DNA of 64,000 nt. Origin: Podarcis pityusensis. Its lineage: Eukaryota. A model generated the notes under the pieces. That model did no database searches. It had not been told where the DNA came from and was given only the letters and a program-made list of their open reading frames with translations. The stretch lies in the NCBI GenBank assembly GCA_964106645.2, contig OZ067040.1. One strand, given 5' to 3'. The stretch's first letter is position 1. Every line of letters starts with the position of its first letter. This document shows, in pieces, positions 50,794-64,000 of the stretch. The translations under genes and the position numbers were made by a program.

Positions 50794-51268
50794 AATCCTG
50801 TTTCTTTGCCAGAATGACATAAATGCTCTTTAGTGCCTTTTATGAACTAAGATTTTCGGAGGGAGAAAGAGAAAACCATCAAAGCAGAGCAGAGCTCACC
50901 TTCCTTCCTGTAGGGCACTCTGATGCTTAATGCAATCATATATTTAATTGTTTTGTAGAACTGGTCTTGTTCCCATGCTGGCTCCTTCACCATTTTGCCA
51001 AATTTATGTAATCTGCCAATATAATATAATCTCATTGGTGTTTACAATTGTAGCAATAAGGTAAAATATTCCCATTTTTTATTGTTGGGGGGGGGGGGGA
51101 GAAGAGAGACTGATAACCTTGTACTCTTTGGCTTGCTGGACTTAACCTACCACTTCTGCATTTGCCAGGGGAGGGGATTCAGCTCCCCGTTTTCCAGCTA
51201 TGGGGCAAGGCAGCTCAGGCTGGCAGCCTAAAGTCTTGTGTAAAACTGCAGCAAAGTGTCCACAAACT

Positions 51269-51274
51269 TTTATT
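51269..51274 (-). terminator. Candidate GNMT polyadenylation signal
   Basis: TTTATT on plus (AATAAA on minus), ~1.3 kb downstream of the GNMT stop; another lies near 51078. Confidence 0.4.
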
Positions 51275-52600
51275 GCATGCCACAAGAACTCAAAAAAGCA
51301 GATTCATCCTTTTGAATTTCTTTGTCTGGCTGCTCGTGTGATTAAACAAGAAATTGCATTCTGAACTAACAAAGATTTCCAGACAGTTTCCCCCCACATA
51401 AAACACACTGTAATCAGTCATCCAGCCCTGAGGTTACTACTGTTTGTACCATACTAGCAAAACAGTTATGCTGCTAAAAGGCACTTGTCTTGGCTGCTAC
51501 CTAAGTTTTCAGGAGCTGTATCAGGTCTCACAACAACACCAAAATACACAGTTGATCCTTAACAGAGCATGGCCTCATCCTGGTCCAGATCAAGTAAAAT
51601 CTCTACCAGTAACTTTTACTACCATAGTTCATTCACTGCCAACACCAACCTGTGAAACCTGTTTTTCTGGCTCTGTTGGCAAGGCGAAATAGAGTATTAC
51701 CAGTTGTTTGGGAACACTGGGGGAGGAGATGGTGGGGCTCTACTGCCAGAAATGTTTCAGAGGGAAGTGCTAAAAGTCAAATACATGAAAGCTAATCAGA
51801 GTGCCACCATTAACTCCGTCCAATTGTCCCTGATCAAGATCTCTGGGCACAATGTATTTTAAGGAGTGCCCTTAAGTAAGTGCCTGCTGAAATGAATGGG
51901 AACTTTGCAGCACTTTTCCTTCATCAGAAGGCAGAAGATACTCCCAGCCAAAAGGTCTCCTCATTGTGAGCACCAAGAGCCAAAGGTGGGCAATCCCCCC
52001 TGCAACTGACCCTATAAGGGTTGCATGCCAGTGGCTACCCTCACTCACATAAACACTCCAGCTCAGGAGACACTGCTATGTTTTCTTCTTTTTCCTTCTG
52101 CCACCTTCAAAACTAATGAGGTTCCCAAACTGGCCATTACTCCAGGTGTAGCTAAAGCACACGTATTTGCTCATCCCTCCTCCCCACCCCAAAGAAACAC
52201 ACACACAACCACATTCATTCGGAATTTCAAGCATCAGTGCGAATCATTGAGGCAATCTCAAGGCAGAGAAGCAAAAACCAAAAAGTTATCAAGAAACAAA
52301 GTTTAGTAAGCTCATGTGACCTTGCATATGATTCAGATGCAAAGCAAGCCATTGCCACCTTCTTCCCTCAAGAGCTCCCTGATTTGAGCAATGGCTCCTC
52401 CAGTCTCCCAAAGCAGATTAACTAGATTTCCCCCTTAGAAAAGGGCAAGATGGAGGGGAGGGGAAAGACTCCTTCAAGTACTTCCTCTTCTGGTTCAGGT
52501 ACCTCTTAAGCACATTCACTGCCGCTTGCACCCCCACTGGCCCCTCCAGCAGCTGAAGACAAACCGTCTGCGCCTGCTGGAGTCGTCTGCGGAATAATTC

Positions 52601-52772
52601 TCAGCCTGTTTTCTTCACCACATGGATGAAATAGCATGGGCTGTACTGCTGGCCCGGGGTGTAAGGCTTGAAGTCCCCCAAGACGCTGTGTTCACACGGG
52701 CACTGGAAGGCGTTTTTCAGCAGTTCTGTGAAAGGCTCCAGGCGATGGGGGTAGTAGGAGAGGCGGAACTGG
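52601..52772 (-). CDS. GNMT: Glycine N-methyltransferase, last exon (exon 6)
   Basis: caccag|C CAG TTC; [59 protein letters not shown]; 172 nt. Confidence 0.95.
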
Positions 52773-53371
52773 CTGGTGAGACATACACAAAAGAAACGTT
52801 AGCAGCTGTCTGCTCGGCAGCTTCCCCCAGAAATCTTACTTGTGTATACATGTAGCAGGTGCACTACCCATCCAGCATCCTCTTGCTTTCTGGTTCCTAA
52901 ATCTCCTGCTACAGATCTTGGCTGCCACACTTATTCTCTGTGCTGTTTCATCACCAACCTTGAAGCGACTGCAGTAGTGAGCAGTGAAGCCCATTTTATC
53001 CCTTTCAGTGATAAGGTATTGCAGTGGGGTGATGGTTCAACCTGGAGAATCAGCGCTCCTTTACTTTTTAAGCTGCAGATAGGGCGAAATCTCCAGCCCA
53101 GAGCCCAAACTCACCATCCAGGCCACACCAATCACTAGCCCTGCTCCACACCTTTCCAAGTTATTTTGCCTTGCTGAAATACCTGTCTCTTGCTTGCCAG
53201 GATGGAAAGAAACTTAACCTTTGCAGCCCACTGTACAGAGGTAGAAGCCACATTTCTTGCTTTGCCTCTGGCCCCACCACCACTTGGGCTGAAGAAAGTT
53301 TGGTTTATTGCTAAAAATAAAAGATGCAAAGGTCTCTGCATCCTCCCTAAGCTGGATAAGCTGTACTCTAG

Positions 53372-53726
53372 GTAAAGGTAAAGGGACCCCGACCATTAGG
53401 GTCCAGTCGCGGACGACTCTGGGCTTGCAGTGCTCATCTCGCTTTATAGGCCAAGGGAGCTGGCGTACAGCTTCCGGGTCATGTGGGCAGCATGACTAAG
53501 CCGCTTCTGGTGAACCAGAGCAGCGCACGGAAACGCCATTTACCTTCCCGCCGGAGTGGTACCTATTTATCTACTTGCACTTTGACGTGCTTTCGAACTG
53601 CTAGGTTGGCAGGAGCAGGGACCGAGCAATGGGAGCTCACCCTATCACGGGGAATCGAACCGCCAACCTTCTGATTGGCAAGCCCTGGGCTCTGTGGTTT
53701 AACCCACAGCACCACCCGCATCCCAT
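53372..53726 (-). mobile_element. Full-length Sauria SINE
   Basis: Minus strand GGGATGCGGGTGGTGCTGTGGGTTAAACC...GGTTCGATTCCC... ending in (ACCTTT)n; 15-bp TSD TAAGCTGTACTCTAG (53357-53371, 53727-53741). Confidence 0.9.
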
Positions 53727-54663
53727 TAAGCTGTACTCTAGCCATGCATATTTGTTGGAACACACAGTATTGCTTTTCCTACGCAAACATCCTTAACAGA
53801 ATGTGATTGGGTTTCACCTTTGAATAGGAATGTGAAGGGTTAAACTAGGGGCAGAGGTGCACACGCAAGCATGTTAAACCAGAGGTGAGGGACAGGCGCG
53901 TGTGTGGTTGGCACAAAGGGGTGAAGGCATTCGAAGCACATTTGACTGAATGCACTTAGAAACCCTCCTTCTTAGTCGGGAACTGTGACATCTCACAATT
54001 TCCAGTCACAGGGACAGTTGTAGATTGAACAAGTCTTAGAAGCTCTTTCATACTTTTGAGCTAATTGCGGAAATAGCTGAAGAGCTGCTGGTGTGCCTTG
54101 GGGTGTTGCTCAATTTAAGCCGCCACGTGTTCAGGTAAGTGCCTGGATGTGGCTATAATCTCCAGTAATTCCATCTTTCAGAGCCAATTTAAAGGAAGAG
54201 AATCTTGTTGGCTGGGAGCTGTTTTTTCAACATGGCTGGATACGGCATGGGTATCTTCTAGTTATAGCCCATTTAATGAATAGCTTGCCTTTTCAGGTAA
54301 CACCCTTACAAGGCAACATGTAATATATCAAACAATAAAACATTAAACAAAACCAACTGACTTATCTAAAACATGAAGCCAGCAAGTAAAAGCAGAGTTT
54401 AAAGTGTATGAAAAGCTACCAGTGAGCAGGGCATAAACACCTAAAGGAAGGAAGCTGTGGGGCCACCATTGAAAAGGCCCTGATTCTGATATCTGCCAAT
54501 CTGATGGTTCTTCATAGCAGGCCCCAAACGCAGATCAGCCTTGGCTGATCTGGACCCAGACATCTGTTAGCTCCCACCCAACCTTACCAAGTAACTGGAT
54601 GCTCCCACATTTGCTATTAGGCTGAAGACTCTGGATAGCACATGAGGTCTGAACAGAATATAC

Positions 54664-54785
54664 CTTAGTTCCGGGCTTCCATCATTCCCCTCGGGTGGCA
54701 CCTGTACTGTATAGTCCAGCGTCACCATGTTCGGTTTGTTGTTCACAAGAAGTACAGATGTAGTGATGTCCTTGGTTAAGTCACT
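54664..54785 (-). CDS. GNMT: GNMT exon 5
   Basis: tcttag|AGT; [40 protein letters not shown]|gtatat; 122 nt. Confidence 0.95.
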
Positions 54786-54927
54786 CTAAGACAGAGGTGC
54801 GGGGAAAGAGAAAAAATAAACTTCTAGTTTTCATTCCCTTTCTTGTTTGGTGCATTCTTGACTAGTTCATTGTGATTAGCCCAATGCAATCCTAGTCCAG
54901 GCTATGCAATTGACACATCTTCCCCAT

Positions 54928-54928
54928 A

Positions 54929-54977
<49 letters not shown>

Positions 54978-55402
54978 TCTTTATTGTCATTGCCCCCTTC
55001 GGGGACAACGAAATTACTTGACTGCTCCATAAAAACACTAATTAATCAATACAGTATAATACAGCAAGGGAGATTAGATGACTTTCAAAGTCCGGGCTTC
55101 CCATTCAGGGCCGAGATCGCTCTGGAGAAGAAGCTGTTCTTAAGACGGCTCGTTCTTGTCTTCATCGTCCTGTATCTCCGTCCCGATGGCAAGAGCTCGA
55201 AGAGACAGTGACCAGGATGCGATGGATCTTTTACTATGTCCAGTGCCTTCCTATGGCACCTTGTGGCATAAATCTGCTCTAAGGTAGAGAGTGGGCAGCC
55301 AACAATGCTCTCTGCTGCCTTAACAACCCTGCACATCCCCATCCTGTCCTGGGTAGTACAGCTTCCGTACCACACACATAAGCCATAAGTGAGCACGCTC
55401 TC
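54928..55402 (-). mobile_element. Rex1-type LINE 3' fragment with (ATT)n tail
   Basis: ESVLTYGLCVWYGSCT...DPSHPGHCLFELLPSGRRYRTMKTRTSRLKNSFF. Confidence 0.85.
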
Positions 55403-55861
55403 AAAACCCCTCCCTTCTCTCTGTTGTTGATACAGATAAAAAAATACACATAGGAGCTATTCCTATTCTAATTACGAACCCAGGACAGGTGCCGGTTCAA
55501 ATGCTAGCTCAAACATCCAGAGAACTTCATATTGTCTTTATGAGACTACACCATCTCAGAATGCAGGTGCAATATCTTGTGTCTCCTCCACCTGTAAAAT
55601 TCACTGTGTGTGCTAGCCTAGGCCATTTGGGAAATAACTATGCTAGATGCATTTTCCTCGATGCACTTCCTTTGCCCCTGAATTGTCTCTTTAGGGCATG
55701 GAGCTGCATTCAAGGTGGGGTGTACAATGCAGAATGGTACCATGTTCTCAGCCTGAATTGATTGCTGGAAGCATGAAAGTCAGAGAAATGGTTTCCTTTT
55801 ATTAAAAGGGCTACCATCACTACTACAAAGCTTTGGCAAAAGACCTATTTCTCGGAAGTAC

Positions 55862-56004
55862 CTTGTAGTAAATGTTCTTCCCAGGAGGGGCACAGCCTGT
55901 TTCGAGGATGTAGTCATAATTACGGTGGTCAATGACAAGGATGCCACCTGGACGCACCATACTGGCAATGTTCTTCAGAGCCTGTTTATGGGCAGCTTGG
56001 TCAC
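55862..56004 (-). CDS. GNMT: GNMT exon 4
   Basis: tcctag|GT GAC; [47 protein letters not shown]|gtactt; 143 nt. Confidence 0.96.
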
Positions 56005-58404
56005 CTAGGAAAAGAGACAACTATGAATTAAATTCCTTACTGCAGCTAGAGGGAGATTCTTCACATATGCATAAAACCTGAGAGGCCTGGTCATATATTC
56101 TCTTCACCGTCAAACTAGAACTATGTTGATTCTGGGTTTTGAGAGCCTCATATAAACCCAGCATTTGAGATCTACCAATGTTGCCCTGCAAACATTCCAT
56201 CTTTTCTGTAGTGTAGACTAGCCTCGAAAAGAAGCAGGGCCTTTTCTGTGGCAGCCCCAAAACAGTATTGGCTTTCATTATTCAACCTTCCTTTTCAGAA
56301 GGCAGGTTAATATCTTCCTTTCTTTTTGCTCTGCCATCATAGTTGGCTGTTTTGTTTCCTGCTGCTGCGTCTAGTTTTTGTTTTAGTGATCAAAAAGAAC
56401 ATTAAAATCAATATGCACACTGCTTTTTAAAAATGAAAAACAGTGCTGATATTTTAAGTGAACAAACTTGTTTACAGTAGGTTGCAAGAGACCCTATTGT
56501 CCCAAAAAACAATTACTTGCAAGTTTCTGTGGTAAAGAATGACTCTGCAAAGTAGGTGGGCTTTTGACAAATCCTAACTCCCAGCACAGCGTAGCTGGAC
56601 ATAAAGGCACAGCTGGAAGAGTCAGTTCAGAGGAACTGGAGAGGAGGTGTGGCCAGCACTCTCCCTGCCTTGCAATATGCAGCAGATGCAATTAACATCA
56701 AGAAGCATGGTGAGAGTTGGGATTATCTTACAGGTCAGCCACAGTATTTTGTACGGACAGGTACATGAGGTGAGAGATAATTGCTGTGGACTCTGGTTGC
56801 TCGAGCTAGCGTTAGAAAAAAGTTATCACCAAGGAGCAAGGTGTTAAAAGGCAATGGAGTTTCAGATAAGACCTGCAGTCTAACCTGCACATTACCCTAC
56901 TTTTCCTGGCCTTATTTCTAGTTATATTCCTGGTGACCATCTAAATACCTCCCACTTTAAGACTTTTATCCACCGCCACCCCTTTGTCACTTCTTATGCC
57001 TGCAACTCCCTACCCGTGTGGTGAAGCTTCTCTTTCTTCAAATCCTCTGAAAACCAGCTATTAAGCTTTGGGTTTACCAAAGCTTCCTCAAAACAGGAAT
57101 ATCAGCAGTTCTTTGATGACCCTCTGCTCCGGGGGAGTTTAACCTTGCCCTGGCAAATGCCAATCTGGGTGTTAACACTTAAAGAGACTCACTAGCGAAA
57201 GCAGGGATTTACGGTGGTTGCCACTGAAGCTTACTGATATCTCTGACAGATGATAAGATAATAGCTGATGCCAAATAAAAATTATTGAGCCAAACTTGCT
57301 TTCAGTTCCTCAGGTAATCAGTTGGTTCTAGTTTCTAACTTCGACAGAGGACTTGGCGTCTTCGCATAGAGAGTGTTTTAGTCTCGTTTGCTCATAAGCC
57401 TCTTTGCAATATTTATTACTGGAAGCAGGTTGTTGAGCCTTGCTCAAAATGAAGTTGTGAGCCTTGTGAGGCTATAGAAACTCATTAATAATGCCTCTCA
57501 TTCAGGGGGGTGGAAGAGAGCTCAGCTTTTCCTTTCCTGCAACTTCCTGCAGCCTCACGATGGAGGTTGTTAGTCCGATAAAATAGCAGGGTAGAACATA
57601 AATCGCAACTTTGAGAAGAGCTCTAATAAAGCATTAAAAGGTAGAACGGGGAGGCAGATTAACTGGTGCCAAGAAATAGATTAGGAGCATAAATCTTGCC
57701 TTCAATTAGGGAGTAGCCAGATTCACCTTGTCTCCTCCATCTTGACCGGAACCGGACCTCAAAACAGGAAGGAATCTAAGGATGTGTACCTGCATTCGCT
57801 CATTACCATTCCCTCCTACCCAGGCTTATTGCCCCATTGTCAAAAGCAGATTGCAACCTCAGGGCAGAAAACCTTTTCTCTCTCTCTAGCACCACAGATA
57901 GTGCTATATAAATAATAAAAGTATGTGCCTCCTTCATGGCTGGCATGCAGCAAACAACTCCCTCTGTCTGATCTCTTAGAGCTGTTGCAAGGGATCTTGG
58001 AAGTTATAAATCTTAAGTAAATGTACAATTTATTGGCACAGACACACCTCTTCTTCACTGGTCTTAGACCCAGTCTAGATCAGATGGACATGTGTGTATG
58101 AGATTCCTTAACTGAGGGTTGGGGGAATCTGCAGCCCTCCATATCTAGTTGGACTTCCACTTCCCATCAGCCTCAGTCAGCATAGCCAATGGTCAGGGAT
58201 GAATAAAAGTGTAGTCCAGCAACATTTGGGTGGTCACAGGCTTCCCACCCGTACTCGCAACCAATCTGAGGTGGATTGCATCCTTGCTCAAATATCAACT
58301 TGCTTTCACACATAAAAAGGAGTCCTGTGGCATCACAAGCACTTTATAAGGGATGCTCCTCTGGAAACTGAGACTGTGTACTGTTTTCCTTCTTGGTGCT
58401 CCAT

Positions 58405-58960
58405 TAAATTTTCTGTTTTAACAATTTAAAGTACTCATTTTTACATCCTTAAGATATCAGTGACTTCCCTTCTCTTTCCATGGTTCATTTTACATATCAT
58501 AAATTCCTGCATATTCTACAAAAACTACACCATTCAGTATTCCATTATTACACCCATCAAAACTTATTTACACTGTTGGATTTATCTTAATGCTGCCAGC
58601 GTTTTCAGCTGCAAAGAGTTATTTCCCATATATTCAATAAACTTTTTCCAATTTTCTCTAAACATATGTTCTTCTTGTTTTCTTATTCTATATGTTAAGT
58701 CTGCAAGCTGCGCATATTCTTTCAGCTTAAGTTGCCATTCTTGTTTGGTTGGGACCTCGCTCGTTTTTCCATTTTGGGGCTAACAAAACACGGGCCACAG
58801 TAGTGGCATACATAAATAACCTTTTTTGACACCTGGGAATTTTGGTCTGAATTATCCCCAACAGAAAGGACTCTGGGTGTTTTTTGGAGGGGAAGTACTT
58901 TTAAACATTTTTTTCAATTCATTATGGATCACTTCCCAATCGCCCACCATCTTCTTAACT
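58405..58960 (-). mobile_element. L1-clade LINE 3' fragment
   Basis: Minus strand, with frameshifts: WEVIHNELKKMF...PESFLLGII...LFMYATTVARVLLAPKWK...EWQLKLKEYAQLADLT...ENWKKFIEYM. Confidence 0.65.
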
Positions 58961-59275
58961 ATGGGTAGCCTGAGGAAAGGGCTCTGAAGGAAAGTATGCA
59001 ATAAAAGCCTGGTGGATTAGGCTAATGGCCCGTCCAGTCCAGCATCGTGTTCTCACAGTGGCCACCCAGAAGCCTGTGGGGAACCAAAGGACCAGAGCAC
59101 AAGAGCCTTCTCCCATCCTGCAGTTTCCAGCAACCAGTATACAGAAGCATTAGTGCTCCTGACCATCGGAGAGCATAGCCCTCATGGCTAGAAGGCTCAG
59201 TCACTCAACGCTTTCTATAGCACTGGACAATGCTTACTGACCCCAGGAGCATGTAACCAGCCTTGCAACACTCAC

Positions 59276-59389
59276 CTTTAAAATCTGGGAGGTGTGCAAA
59301 AGAGTTTCCTAAACAGATGACAGCGTCAAAGCCCTTGCCAGGCTTCTCTAGGTCCTGTGACAGGGTGAGCCAGTTCGCCTCCTCGATGA
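59276..59389 (-). CDS. GNMT: GNMT exon 3
   Basis: ccacag|TC ATC; [37 protein letters not shown]|gtgagt; 114 nt. Confidence 0.95.
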
Positions 59390-60444
59390 CTGTGGAACAA
59401 AAAAAAAAAAAAGTGCATTGAACACATGGAGGAGAGTTCTTCTTTCTCTAGCCAACCCTCTGCCTCCTCACATTTTCTGCAGCTGGAGGATTTTACGTTC
59501 CTCGTGCAGAAGGATAGTGAAAAGTGCCACCTTAAAGGAAAAAGGCACTTAGTTGGAAAGCCTCTTATCTGTTACGAAATACAATGTGCTAAGCATGAAA
59601 ATAATCCCCAGGTTTCTCTCCCCCTACAATTTGCTGCTGAGACTCTTTGAAAGTGTGATTAAGGCGGTGTTTCTCAAACTACAACCCCCATCACCCCTAG
59701 CTAGCAGACCAGTGGTCAGGGACAATGGGAGTTGTAGTCCAACAAGTTTGAGAAACACTGTATTATGGTGGGGGTTTTTTTTGGCATAGGCATTAACAGC
59801 CAAGGATGGAAACTTCCAGCTTTCTCCATCTTGCTGTGGCTATATGTGGTTTGCTGTATTCCTTTTATACCTGGATCAGGAAGGTACGAGTATGGAGTCT
59901 TTGTACTGGGAATTGTGTTGAGAGACAAACCCACAAACAGGTCTTGCATGCAACCGCGCTCTCCCCACTTGCAATTCCCAGCTGCAAGTAATCTTCCAGC
60001 TTTTCCTGTGTGGCATACAGAGCCTCCCATGGGCTCACAGCACCTACTTTGATGTTTCAGCATTTAACCAATTCGTACATGCTTTCATTTGCTGCTGTGG
60101 TCATAAACAAAATTACTGAATTAAATTAAAGCCAAAGCTTGTCTTTCCCCAGGTGCTAATATCGCTTTGCTTTCTACAAACGCAGTAGCCAGAACCCAGT
60201 GGCTGGGTTACCCATGTCTCTGTTCTGTTCTGATGACAAGGCCGCTTTGCATCAGCTGGCAATACCCCAAAACAATGCAACCTGCAGATGCCATTTGGCT
60301 CCAGGTCAATCTGAGTGCAGGAAGGAACCTGAAAGCCAGCATCACCTCTAATTAAAAAGAAGATGCATTGAAAACTGAGTTGGGCACTTGTGACCAGCAG
60401 GCAAAAGGAAAGGAGTCAGACAACGACATTTCTCTATAGGAAAT

Positions 60445-60799
60445 CTGACAAAAGTGGTTTAAAGACTGTCTCAAGGCAAATCTAAAAAAATGTAGTATAA
60501 ACACTGACAACTGGGAAACACTAGCCTGCGAGCGCTCCAGTTGGAGAACAGCCTTTACCAAAGGTGTCATTGGCTTTGAAGACATTCGAACTCAGGACGC
60601 AGGGGAGAAACGTGCTAAGAGGAAGGCACACTTGGCAAATCCACACCGTGATCAACTCCCGCCTGGAAACCAATGTTCCCACTGTGGAAGTTCGTGTGGA
60701 TCCAGAATTGGCCTCCAGTCACTTACGGACTCATTGTTAAAACCGTGTTTATGGAAGACAATCTTACTCGGCTATGAGTGATCGCCAAAGAAGAAGAAG
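60445..60799 (+). mobile_element. RTE-clade LINE 3' end (C-terminal CxxC...H zinc-finger-like motif)
   Basis: KWFKDCLKANLKKCSINTDNWETLACERSSWR...CSHCGSSCGSRIGL; (GAA)n tail; 9-bp TSD ATAGGAAAT. Confidence 0.8.
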
Positions 60800-62857
60800 A
60801 TAGGAAATTTGATTTTAACAGAATTCTGAAGATCACCGACTAGGCTGTTTCAAATCTGTTGTTTCCATGCAAATGCAGAAAAGGCACTAGCTGTAGAACT
60901 CAGCAACTCCAGATTTTAATAATCAAAAAGAAAAAAAATGAAGTTCTTAGCCCTTGCAGCTCAGATAATTGTTGTTGTTTAAAATCTCCAAAATTTGGAG
61001 AAATCTCTGAAGATGGAGTGGAGTTCAGGAAGAATTCCATTGGCACTAAAGCACAGCTTCAGTGCCCTGTATAGCGCATTGCCATGCAGATCACAGGCCC
61101 AAAACAAATTATGGGAACATGCACTATTTGTGTAACTTCCAGCTTGCCAAATTTTGCTTATTTCAGTACAGAATTTATTATTAGTGGTAGTTGTTTACAC
61201 TTACAGTCCTAATCACAGAGAGAGCATGGACAATTTGAGACGCTTGTACATGTGAGCACCAATGTTGAAGTAAATGAATTTGATACAAGAGTCAAACTCT
61301 TTTCTTAAGCATCAAGGCAATACTTCTTTGTGAATCGGGTGCTATTTATTCCCCTCTCCCTATATCGTAAATCACACAAAGACCCGACGGTGTTTACATT
61401 TCACTGATCGGGTTTCAAAAGGCAGATATTTTTCAACCCTTTTTTTCTTTCTAGTGCACATATAATTACACGATATTGTGAAGTCAGGAGGGGCATCATA
61501 CTCTTATTTCAGGCCAAAGATGGGGCTGAGATGAGCGTCTCCTTGCGCCCTTTGCAGGTAAACAAGCCAGGCAGAGACACAAACACCCAACCACACCAAG
61601 TTTAGTCCTGGAAAAGGGATGTGTCAACAAGGAGCTCATTACAGCATTGACATTCTGCCAGTTGCTTCAGCAGCACTGATCATATTTCGGCCTGTATACA
61701 TAAACTTGCTTGCTAACAAATGCAAGCAGAACTTTCAAGAGATGCTCAAACCCCAATTATTTGAAGTGTTCAAAATTTGACTCCTCAGCTACCCAGGGCA
61801 AGAGCAACTGGAGATGTTACTGCCTTGGGCCACAATTCTGATTTACATGTTTTGCATCCTTAGCAAGAAGCTTACAGATAATTAAGACTTAAGTGCAGCA
61901 GCAAGCCTTTTTTTTGCCTGTACAAAATTAGCAAACCACAAGCAATTACTAAAAAAAATACAGCAGTGTTTATAGCAAAACCGGGGCTTATTGTATGATG
62001 CAATAAGCAACTAAAGTTTCAGAAGCTCTATCCTTTTAAGCTGCCAAGGCAAATTTTAATAAATGGGATTGAGATTGAAAGGTACACATGTTCACTCTGA
62101 GGTGATATTTCTTTCCCTGGTGTGTTACTGCAGAAAATACGCCACTTGTTACAGCCTTTTATTACATTTCTATCTCACTTTTATTAAGGTTATTAATAAG
62201 GGCATTATTAATCAAATTGCTACCATGCCTTTCCTCCTAAACCTGTGCCAGTCCACATGGAACATACCCGAGAAACCATCTATCAATCGGTTTTAGTGGC
62301 AAAGCAAATATGTTTACATGTAATGAAGCAGATGGTAAATCAGCTATTTTTAAAAATTCAAATTTTTTTTTTAATATTTCATCAGTTGCTTGTCTTCGCC
62401 AGTGATGACAAGATTTTATTTTGTATGCTCCTCGTGCTCTGGGGCCCTGTGAGTTAGGGGTAGCTGTGGCCCTTTTTTGCTGGTGGTGACCACCCTGTGG
62501 AACACCCTGCCACAAGGTGTCAGGCCTCGTCACTGTTCTGTTCTACACAGCTGCTAAAAATGTGGCTGTCAAAAATTATTACACGCAGAATGCACACAAC
62601 ACAAAAAGACTTTCAGGTGGTTATTTTTCAGCTCTACTATTATAGGTATATTAGGATATTTTCATTTTGATAGCTGCTTGGGAACTCTGCAATTGGGGTA
62701 CCGTACTGCTATTTTGCGTTAACATTTTGATCTAATGACAGGTTGGAATGGGGAATGATAGATACTTCAACACTGCAGCGATGCTTGGTTTTGTCAGTCG
62801 CCTTGAGCTTCTTTTGAAAAGTAGGCGGGATTCAAGATTTTTAATAAAAATAGATAC

Positions 62858-62985
62858 CCCAATGGTCGAAAGCGTCCTCTTTTCGGCGGTTCCATCTCTC
62901 CTTCAGGGCATATTTGAGCATCTTGTCACTGGCATCCACGCTAGTGACCCTGAATCCTTCCTCAACAAGCATGATGGAGTCCACA
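62858..62985 (-). CDS. GNMT: GNMT exon 2 (exon 1 lies beyond the window)
   Basis: atgcag|T GTG; [42 protein letters not shown]|gtatct; 128 nt. Confidence 0.96.
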
Positions 62986-63463
62986 CTGCATGAGATAAAA
63001 GCGTTCGGGTATTTGGATTAAACAATCCCCCAAGTAAACTCAATGCAGTTCCCTGCATTGCTATTCAGTAGTGAGAGCAGATCATAAAACCACAGAGTTG
63101 TAGGAAGGGACCACAAGGGTCATTTAGCTCAACCCACTGCAATGCTGTAGGAATCCTTGTCCCAACCTGAGACTCGAACCCATGGCCCTGAGATTAAGTG
63201 TCTCATGCTCTACCAACTGTGCCCCTACATCCGTGCTTGGTATTCACAGTGGGGAGGAGTCCCAGTCAGATGAGAAATGATCACTCCAGAAAACTTAAAA
63301 TTACTGAAAAGAATAGCTTTCATTTTTAAGCCTGCCTGGTCAAATGATCACAGGAGGTTAAGATGTGTTTAAATTCCCCACCGGGAGAGATATGGGTGGC
63401 AAGGCATGCCTTTTAAACAACGGAAGGATTAAGCCAGAAAGAAAAGGAGGAAAGGCGATTGTA

Positions 63464-63742
63464 CAGTGGAACCTCTACTTATGGACATAATCCATTCCAG
63501 AGGTCCGTCCGCTAGTCGAAACGGGATGCTAGAAGAGGCGTCTTGTGCGTGTGCGCATTCAGCAGTAGTGCGCTTCTGCGCATGCACAGGTGGCAGCAGC
63601 CGCTTCTGTGCACACGTAGATGGCAGAAGCCGCTTCCACACATGCGTGAATCGTGGCAAACCCAGTGTTTACTTCCAGGTTTGCCGTGGACGCAACTTGG
63701 AATGTCCACGAGATGAGGGGTATGTAAGTCAAGGTTCCACTG
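63464..63742. mobile_element. Tigger-like MITE
   Basis: TA|CAGTGGAACCT...AGGTTCCACTG|TA with internal GCGCATG-type repeats. Confidence 0.78.
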
Positions 63743-64000
63743 TACTGTAAACTGCCCTGTGATCCTCAAATGGAGAGCGGTATACAAATTTACTAAGTAA
63801 ATAAATAAAGGAGAAGAGGAGAGCTGAGCAAGGAACATGGGAGCACAGAGACAGGCAGGGCCGGATTTAGATTAAGAGAGGTCCTGGGCTACTCCACTTG
63901 TGAGGCCCCTCCCAATCCCCCCCCCCCCACGACTAGAAGAAAATGGAAGAGTGTTATAAACAAAAATGAGTGAAGCCAAAGATGATGGGTATTTAAAATT

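Noticed and set aside
62849-62857. U12-type donor for GNMT intron 2 (GTATCTATT)
   Set aside because: It departs from the GTATCCTT consensus, and the acceptor has an ordinary U-rich tract.

Overview
This is vertebrate genomic DNA from a squamate, probably a lacertid lizard, judged from Sauria-type SINEs plus BovB, L2, CR1 and Rex1 LINEs. It is not prokaryotic. The window carries the conserved PPP2R5D-PEX6-GNMT block. PPP2R5D coding exons 1-3 lie on the minus strand (ATG at 23334) and the gene runs off the left edge. PEX6 is complete on the plus strand, with 17 exons from 33652 to 50441, a 2964-nt CDS, 987 aa and GT-AG introns throughout. GNMT exons 2-6 lie on the minus strand (62985 down to 52601), with exon 1 beyond the right edge. 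Introns and intergenic DNA are full of SINEs, LINE 3' fragments and MITEs. The most unusual items are: (1) a ~1.5 kb GC-rich array of alternating inverted repeats with flip/flop spacers, grown inside a TcMar MITE that is itself nested in a Tigger-like MITE; (2) a candidate 37-nt poison exon in PPP2R5D intron 2; (3) an L2 tail inserted into, and duplicating, the splice acceptor of PEX6 exon 4; (4) two candidate in-frame alternative first exons for PPP2R5D. I found no new multi-gene system. Gene and TE family names come from recalled homology, not database searches.
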